Shown here one piece after another: positions 46,121 through 52,557 of a DNA stretch of 52,557 bases. Origin of the DNA: Methanomicrobiales archaeon. Its GTDB lineage: Archaea > Halobacteriota > Methanomicrobia > Methanomicrobiales > Methanospirillaceae. The number at the start of each line of letters is the position of its first letter. Positions within the stretch are counted from its first letter, which is position 1. The position numbers and the translations under genes are program-made. The notes under the pieces are model-generated. The model saw only the letters and a program-made list of their open reading frames with translations. It ran no database searches and was not told the DNA's origin. The stretch spans positions 1-52,557 of the forward strand of contig JBAXJR010000016.1 of assembly GCA_037137755.1 (NCBI GenBank). The letters run 5' to 3'.

Positions 46121-46963
46121 TTATGGCTTTGTTTGCTCAGCAATCCGAATAAGAACAAGGCGCCATTCAGTACCCCTGATACCAACGGTTGTCCACATTG
46201 CTTCCTTTGTGACGTTCGTCCCTTCTGCGTCCATAAAGGTATAGGTACCATTTCCCACTCTTTCCCGGGACATATTCCCTGCAAGAGCGATAAGTTCAGG
46301 GAACGGCCTGAAAAGCGGATCGGAAAATGCATTCTTTCCGATCTGCCCCGTATCAGGTTCATACACGATAAGTCCGTCTTTCTGCATTACCATGAGATGC
46401 CAGGGTGTTCCATCTGACTTTTCCGGAGTGTTATGTACAAAAAATGGTTCCGGTTTGAAAAGAAGGGTGGTCGCCCCGATAAATCTCCCCCCGGGTGAAA
46501 ACACGGGTGACGCGATATCGACGGCAGGTATCCCCTCTGCAGAGAGAAAAACGTCACTCATTACCGGCACTTTCTGCGAGTACAACCGCTGCAGGTGTTT
46601 CTGATCACCCAGGTTTATGCCGGTAACGGACTTGTAGTGTTCCGGTTCGACTGTTTCGATTACTCCTGTTTCATTAACCGTTATCATGTCAACCGCCCAG
46701 GGAAACTGGCCCATACCGGTAAGTGCCGCTTTCGTTTCCGCACCGTTGAGCCCGATTAACCCAATCTTCACTGCACCACCTGTCACCGCTGCATCCATCG
46801 CTGCGAGATCCTCCCCCACAGACCCCTCTGCCTCTAACAGCGCCTTCTGCATTTCGTATTGCTCAGTAACCGTTTGCGATACCTGCTCACCCGTGGCCAT
46901 GGTTGCAAGGGCGATCATGCCGATAAACAATACGATTGCTATTGCCCCAAATGCGATTACCAT
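46121..46963 (-). CDS. Membrane-anchored Cache-domain protein
   Basis: N-terminal TM, PVMSDVFLSAEG..AVDIASPVF, GLIVYEPD..QIG, EWRLVL; no output domain. Confidence 0.8.
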   Translation of the reverse strand: MVIAFGAIAIVLFIGMIALATMATGEQVSQTVTEQYEMQKALLEAEGSVGEDLAAMDAAVTGGAVKIGLIGLNGAETKAALTGMGQFPWAVDMITVNETGVIETVEPEHYKSVTGINLGDQKHLQRLYSQKVPVMSDVFLSAEGIPAVDIASPVFSPGGRFIGATTLLFKPEPFFVHNTPEKSDGTPWHLMVMQKDGLIVYEPDTGQIGKNAFSDPLFRPFPELIALAGNMSRERVGNGTYTFMDAEGTNVTKEAMWTTVGIRGTEWRLVLIRIAEQTKP

Positions 46964-47159
46964 GAGCCTGCACTCCCCTGATTCCGTAATGATCCCTCAT
47001 CTGAACTATTCAATGGCTGGTTTTAAGAACAGATTGGTTTTTGAGGTCGAAAACGTGAACAACTGCTCCCGGGACAAGTAACACATATTGGTTATGGCAA
47101 CAGACCAGGCGGCGTGGGAGAGGACAGTTTAATAAAAATCCCGGAGAGAGTAATACCTG

Positions 47160-48194
47160 ATGCCCGGTGTGTTAGAAGAGAGAGACCGCTACACCCTCTA
47201 CCTCGTCGCAGCAATTGCTGTTGTCGCGATACTTATATTCTGGCAGCTCATGGTGGCACTTATATTCGCAGCCTCAATTGCCGTCATCGCCCTGCCACTT
47301 CACAAGCGGTTCACGGCCAGGATTGGGGCACCGGCATCGGCAGCCCTGGTCACGATAATAGCGTTTTTAATTTTTATTTTCGTCATTGCATTTACCGTGG
47401 GGTTGCTGCTCCAGAACCAGGAGTTCCTCAATAGTCTGGTATCGACCATTATCAACTGGGCAGGCCCCGGACAGAACAACTCCATTACCGCTATGCTCCA
47501 TATCAACCAGACCCAGCTGGACGGACTAATTGGTAACAGTAACCAGACGATTAACCAGTGGGCAGACTCTATTATCGGGCAGATACCGGCACTGGGGTTC
47601 CAGTTGCTGGTGTTTTTCCTGAGCTTTTCCGTGTTCATTTACAAGGGCGAGGAACTGTACCTTTCATCGTTTGCGATGCTCCCGGAAAATTTAAAAGAGC
47701 CGGTGAGGCACCTGACACATACGGCAGTCGATACCCTCTATGCCATCTACGTTGTCCAGCTGATTATCGTGATAATTACCCTGATTCTCGCACTACCGTT
47801 TTTTTATTTCCTTGGATTCGGGCATGTGCTCTTTTTTGGCACACTTGCGGGCCTCTTAAAAATTGTTCCCATTCTTGGCCCGTCAATCCTCATGGCATTT
47901 CTCGCGGTGTATGCCTTCTCAATATCCGATATGACTGCCCTGGCGCTCCTTATTTTTATTGGATACCCTGTAGTCTGCGCCTTTCCAGACCTGTTTATCA
48001 GGCCGGTCCTTATGGGCCGGCGTACCTGCATTCATCCTGTCATTATGTGGATTGGGTTTGTCGGGGGCCTGTATACCCTCGGGCTTGTCGGGTTCGTGCT
48101 CGGCCCGCTAATCCTTGTATTGCTGATAACAGGCTATCACATCCTGAAGGGAGATCATGAAGCCTGTGGGGCGGGCAGGAAAACACAAGACTAA
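47160..48194 (+). CDS. AI-2E family transporter
   Basis: VPILGP, DLFIRPVL, HPVIMWIGFVGG...GFVLGPL. Confidence 0.9.
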   Translation: MPGVLEERDRYTLYLVAAIAVVAILIFWQLMVALIFAASIAVIALPLHKRFTARIGAPASAALVTIIAFLIFIFVIAFTVGLLLQNQEFLNSLVSTIINWAGPGQNNSITAMLHINQTQLDGLIGNSNQTINQWADSIIGQIPALGFQLLVFFLSFSVFIYKGEELYLSSFAMLPENLKEPVRHLTHTAVDTLYAIYVVQLIIVIITLILALPFFYFLGFGHVLFFGTLAGLLKIVPILGPSILMAFLAVYAFSISDMTALALLIFIGYPVVCAFPDLFIRPVLMGRRTCIHPVIMWIGFVGGLYTLGLVGFVLGPLILVLLITGYHILKGDHEACGAGRKTQD

Positions 48195-48388
48195 CTACCA
48201 GAATAACTCCCGGCTTTTATTATTCAGGATACAGGGTTATGGCACATATTTCGAGGCATATTTATCCCATGACACCCCGGGCTTAGGCACGGGATGAACA
48301 AAAGTATCACCAGGGGCCGCCGGGCCGGGCAGGCGACACCGCAGCAGTAAGAGTACAATAAATAAGGCCCGCTCAGATATGTAATGGA

Positions 48389-48473
48389 GCGAGGGTTGCC
48401 GAGCCAGGTCAAAGGCGATGGGTTTAGGGTCCATTCTCGAAGGGGTTCAGGTGTTCGAATCACCTCCCTCGCA
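48389..48473 (+). tRNA. tRNA-Leu(TAG)
   Basis: Acceptor GCGAGGG/CCCTCGC, ATGGG-TT-TAG-GG-TCCAT, long variable arm, TTCGAAT loop. Confidence 0.95.
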
Positions 48474-48554
48474 TTGTTTTCGTTTCACATGTTGCTTCTT
48501 CTGGAAAAGACTAAATTCTCACCTCATATAAAGAATGCATAAGAGTGAAGACCT

Positions 48555-49883
48555 ATGGCAAGGCTCAACTATTACCTGTGTGTGTTAATACTCCTGATCC
48601 TCATTACTCAGTCGGTATCAGGGGCAATCAATGTCAAAAATATGGTAGTTTCTCCATCCGGGGACCTCGTTTCCGGGAAGATTCCACCTGGAAAGGTGGC
48701 TGTCTCCTTTGTAGTCAATTTCGTGCCGGATGGGGGAATGACATTTTCGAGCAGCAACTCGCTTGATATGTTTACCGACCTTGAAAATGCCCGCTGGTCA
48801 TATTCGACCGTGCTGGACGGTAATATAAATCCCCCGCTGACTGATAGCGGCAATAGCGTTGATATTAATGGCTGGGTACTGTCGTACCCGTCAAGAAGGG
48901 ACCTGTCGATACTGGTAAACATGACAGGGGAGGTCCCCACCGTATCAGCAACCGGAAAAAAGACCGTTGTTAAGGTAGGGGTCTATAACGGAGGAAACGA
49001 GGTATATCCCGGTACTGCAGTAATCCGCGAGGCGAATGTTATCCTGCCCGGCAGCCCGGCAGTACCATCAGGAACAACCACACCCGCGACTCAGCTCTCC
49101 TCTGGCCAGACACCAGTGGTGACAGCCACCACGAGGGCCAGTACCACTGCAACACCTTCAACATCAGCCCCGTCTTCATCCATGCTTATACCAGTCGGGA
49201 TTATTACGATCATCTTCCTGTTAATGTCATTCATACCACTCGGACTACTGGTATTCCACGATTATTTCGGTCTAGAAAAACTTTCCATCCCACAACCATT
49301 CCGTGTACGGGTGGCGATTGCCATCGTCCAGGTGTTGTGTGGGATCGGCCTCCTCTTCGTCCTCTTTACACTCCAGGCGATATACACAGACCTTGTAGTG
49401 GCAGAGAGCGGCCTTGCACCGGTTTTTGTCCTGCTGGTTCTCCTGTTAGTGTCTTATGTTACACTGTCGGCTTTTGCTCTCGCTATTGGCTCGTTGCTCT
49501 CAAAGGCCTTCCGTTGGACTCTTAAAACCCATGGTATTACCGGGATCGCCGTACTTATTCTTGCACCGGTGACCATCATCACACTCGGAACTAACCCCGA
49601 AATCCTGCAGTCACGGACGGTTGTTGTCATTGTTGCCATCATTGCAGCCCTGATTACGGCACTGCTCGCGTTGTGGCAGGACCATACACTCCGTGACGAT
49701 CTCGGGAGCGACTGGTTCTCCTTGTTGTCGGACTTTTTCCAGCGTGTGAAAGGAGACCTCAAACCAAAAAAGACTTCTCAGGCAGATACCGGAGCCGCTA
49801 TTACCATCCTCAATACCCGGCTGGCAAAGGGTGAGATCAGTCTTGAAGAATACAACCAGTTAAAAGAAGCCATTAAGAAATAA
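48555..49883 (+). CDS. Membrane/surface protein: signal peptide, beta-rich ectodomain, S/T linker, about 5 TM, C-terminal SHOCT
   Basis: ILNTRLAKGEISLEEYNQLK (SHOCT); T/S/P-rich linker. Confidence 0.8.
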   Translation: MARLNYYLCVLILLILITQSVSGAINVKNMVVSPSGDLVSGKIPPGKVAVSFVVNFVPDGGMTFSSSNSLDMFTDLENARWSYSTVLDGNINPPLTDSGNSVDINGWVLSYPSRRDLSILVNMTGEVPTVSATGKKTVVKVGVYNGGNEVYPGTAVIREANVILPGSPAVPSGTTTPATQLSSGQTPVVTATTRASTTATPSTSAPSSSMLIPVGIITIIFLLMSFIPLGLLVFHDYFGLEKLSIPQPFRVRVAIAIVQVLCGIGLLFVLFTLQAIYTDLVVAESGLAPVFVLLVLLLVSYVTLSAFALAIGSLLSKAFRWTLKTHGITGIAVLILAPVTIITLGTNPEILQSRTVVVIVAIIAALITALLALWQDHTLRDDLGSDWFSLLSDFFQRVKGDLKPKKTSQADTGAAITILNTRLAKGEISLEEYNQLKEAIKK

Positions 49884-50054
49884 TTTTTTTCGTCCTCCCG
49901 GGAAAAATAATGCGGATAGAGGTACGGTATCCCACTAATAGTCCCTGATGTTCCGTTTTTCAGACGGTTGTTGGCCGTTTGTACGATACAGAGCTTCTTA
50001 TCCTAGTGGAGCTTGTATAGTATGCAGTTTTAATAGAGCTGTTTGAGAAATATC

Positions 50055-50222
50055 ATGTATAAATCAAATTTTGGTGGATCGAGTAATTACGGCCCCCGTG
50101 AAATGACAAAAGTAGTCTGTTCAGATTGTGGAAAAGATTGTGAAGTACCATTCAAGCCGACCGAAGGCAGACCTGTATATTGCCAGGAATGCCTCCCGAA
50201 GCACAGGCAGCCCAGGTACTAA
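50055..50222 (+). CDS. CxxC-x17-CxxC zinc-ribbon microprotein, 55 aa
   Basis: PREMTKVVCSDCGKDCEVPFKPTEGRPVYCQEC; below the ORF-track length cutoff. Confidence 0.9.
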   Translation: MYKSNFGGSSNYGPREMTKVVCSDCGKDCEVPFKPTEGRPVYCQECLPKHRQPRY

Positions 50223-50602
50223 CCTGATAATCGTCTTTTTTTTAGTTCTCGTTTAATTGTCTATCCTTATGCGTTAGACACGGTATGATTTCCAAAATTA
50301 TTCAGCCGGCCAAAAAAGCCTGGCACGTACTGCACGGGTTTTTTCTTCCCATTCCGCTCAGGGCAGTAATATTCCCATTCCAGGTATTCACACAAGGGTC
50401 ACAGGACGTCCCCCTTTTTACCCGGTAGGTTTGGATTTCTCCCCGAAATGCCCTTTTTACAAGGGTCATGCCAGGCATGATAGAAATGGCGAAAAACGGT
50501 GTATTCTTCGCCAGGTAGGGCATATCAGCCATCAATGTGGTCAAAACCAATGACTTATATATGGTAATTATCTATACTTTACTAAAAGAGGAAAGAAGAG
50601 CT

Positions 50603-51058
50603 ATGAAGCCAGAAGATGCGAAGAAGATTATTTCTACAGCAATCGACAGAGAAGTCGAGGCATACACATTTTATCGTGGTATTGCCGATAAAGTAAAGGA
50701 TGCTAACCTCAAGAAAGTGTTTGCAGATCTTGCCGGGGAAGAAAAGCAACACCGCGAGTTCCTTCAGGGAATGCTCACGAAGGATGTATCGAAGATGAAA
50801 TTTGATGCATCACATGACTACAAGGTAGCAGATGCGCTCCCGTCACCACCCCTTACGGCTGACCTGAAACCAATCGATGGCATTGTTATCTCGATCAAGA
50901 AGGAACTGGAAGCCATGCAGATGTACACCCAGCTCGCAAACCTTGCCAGCGATACCGAGACAAAGCTGCTCTTTTCCCAGCTGGCAAACATGGAACGGGG
51001 ACATAAGGCAAGACTTGAAGACATGTATACCAACATGGCATTCCCTGAGTCCTGGTAA
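50603..51058 (+). CDS. Rubrerythrin/ferritin-like di-iron protein
   Basis: AIDREVEAYTFY, EEKQH, KELEAMQMY, ERGH. Confidence 0.9.
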   Translation: MKPEDAKKIISTAIDREVEAYTFYRGIADKVKDANLKKVFADLAGEEKQHREFLQGMLTKDVSKMKFDASHDYKVADALPSPPLTADLKPIDGIVISIKKELEAMQMYTQLANLASDTETKLLFSQLANMERGHKARLEDMYTNMAFPESW

Positions 51059-51357
51059 AAATCCAGAGATTCAAGGTATTTTTATTTATTTAACCAGGTT
51101 TAAATCCCTTTTTTCATCCATGTCCCCATCGAAATCTTCATAAAAATCCCACAACCCCGGTTTTTCCGGGTTAGATGCCGGTTCTGATACTACCCGGCCT
51201 ATAGGCGATCACTGGCATCTGCAACCTGGTGGATCGATTCTTCCCGCATAGAGGTAAAATCCAACCTTTGACCGCTATTATTTTCGAATATTCCTGCAAT
51301 TTTTTTTGCGGCAGGGATAGGGTATTCGTTCGCACTTTGTATACCAATGCAGACCCT

Positions 51358-51720
51358 TCAGATCAGGTGGATATCCCCGGGTTGCTGGACAACTATTTCT
51401 TTTTCACCCCTGTACGTCTGGACAACCCCGTACAGCTGGAGCGTATCTCCTTTTTTCAATGAGACCCCCCTGGCAGAAGAGGCCGGGATAAACACGGATG
51501 TCCCATTCACATTGAGTATTAGGTCTGCCCCGTTTTTTGTGACAACCAACTGGTCCACCTTTCCTTCCAGCAGGACGAGGGCACCGTCGGCCGATGTACT
51601 GGTAAACCGTGTTGAAAAGGTGGATTTCCCGGCCGACTCGATAAGAATATACCCCGCAACAACGGCAAGCGTTACGATTGTCAGAAGTATGAACGCATTT
51701 CGTTCCTGCCGGGTAAGCAT
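51358..51720 (-). CDS. Membrane-anchored OB-fold protein
   Basis: N-terminal TM, GDTLQLYGVVQTYRGEKEI. Confidence 0.75.
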   Translation of the reverse strand: MLTRQERNAFILLTIVTLAVVAGYILIESAGKSTFSTRFTSTSADGALVLLEGKVDQLVVTKNGADLILNVNGTSVFIPASSARGVSLKKGDTLQLYGVVQTYRGEKEIVVQQPGDIHLI

Positions 51721-51790
51721 AGATCCAGATTATTGTCGTACATTGTAATAACCGGTAGCTTTATGAGTTAACAGCGTTAACATATGCACC

Positions 51791-52021
51791 ATGTCAGGAA
51801 CGAATCTTCCCCCCTCATCAAAGACCGTCCTCTCCCTCCTGGACGAGAGTGGGGCAATGACCCACAAGGAGATTGTAAAGAAGAGTAACCTGGCCCCGAG
51901 GACAGTACGCTATGCCCTGAAGAAGCTGAAAGAAAACCATCTCATCATAGAGAAGTTCAACTTCAGGGACGCACGCCAGATCATCTACCAGGGCCGGGCG
52001 CAAACGATGGTGTGTGCATGA
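51791..52021 (+). CDS. Small winged-helix transcriptional regulator
   Basis: LPPSSK, MTHKEI, RTVRYALKKL, DARQIIY. Confidence 0.88.
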   Translation: MSGTNLPPSSKTVLSLLDESGAMTHKEIVKKSNLAPRTVRYALKKLKENHLIIEKFNFRDARQIIYQGRAQTMVCA

Positions 52022-52320
52022 GCGAAAGCCCATGCAACATCATGAAATGCGATTCACTCGCCCGAAAATACCTCCCGGGTATCAGGGCCGAGATGGTTTA
52101 CCGGCTGGTAAACGACAAGGGTATGAGCCAGAGCGATGCAGCGAAGCGTCTGGGAGTTACGCGCGCTGCAATATCTCAATATATGAGCAAGAAGCGTGGT
52201 GCAGAGGTCCAACTCTGCGGGGACATCGACGGCCTGATTGACCGCTGGGCAATGGCGGTGGCCGGTGAAGATGACCATATCACGCTGTGTGACGTCTGCA
52301 AGTGTGCAATGAAAAAGTAA
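52018..52320 (+). CDS. XRE-type HTH regulator with Cys motif
   Basis: LPGIRAEM, GMSQSDAAKRLGVTRAAISQYMSKKRG, CDVC; ATGA overlap. Confidence 0.85.
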   Translation: MSESPCNIMKCDSLARKYLPGIRAEMVYRLVNDKGMSQSDAAKRLGVTRAAISQYMSKKRGAEVQLCGDIDGLIDRWAMAVAGEDDHITLCDVCKCAMKK

Positions 52321-52557
52321 CGACGGCCGGTATGGCTGTTACAACAATTCCTGACCGGATAACAATTCATTTTCATCCCCACTCATTTCCCGGGGTTCAT
52401 CTGTTAAGAAAATGCGGCGATATTTGACCAGGTTACAGATTTTGATCAGTACCATGTGAAAACGCTAACAACAGGTTTCGAAGAATACAAGAAATCACAT
52501 AGTAGAGGATAGCTCACAACCAGCAACAAATTAGATTTTGAATGCCTAACCTGTCCT

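Noticed and set aside
48224-48463. Track ORFs 48224..48463 and 48237..48434
   Set aside because: Antisense to tRNA-Leu(TAG) and its promoter region.

Overview
Archaeal chromosomal window, inferred to be from a Methanomicrobiales methanogen (TFB, aIF5B, S6e/S8e, SRP19, Gar1, F420 reductase, DUF2111/DUF2551, BHB-intron tRNA). About 4-52.5 kb is mostly housekeeping and accessory genes: a pycAB/bioY-ECF/birA cluster with a BirA-type operator, rtcB-archease, secFD, fno, tfb, hypB, infB, a large HTH-PAS/GAF protein, PPK2, transporters, and five tRNAs (Met with intron, Ala x2, His, Leu). The most unusual part is 1-3800. It looks like the right end of an integrated element abutting the 3' end of tRNA-Met. 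A tightly coupled 7-gene operon ending in an excisionase-like HTH gene is flanked by two non-coding regions. Both regions are built from the same shuffled set of structured modules: a long inverted repeat, covarying stem-junction motifs, GNA-triloop/sheared-GA mini-hairpins and C-ATCA-G loops, placed on both strands. I infer these are single-stranded-DNA (or RNA) signals of an uncharacterised archaeal mobile element. Other points: a TMEM175 gene whose conserved N-terminus has no canonical start codon, and a tRNA-His with no encoded G-1. All family calls come from motif recognition; no database search was run.
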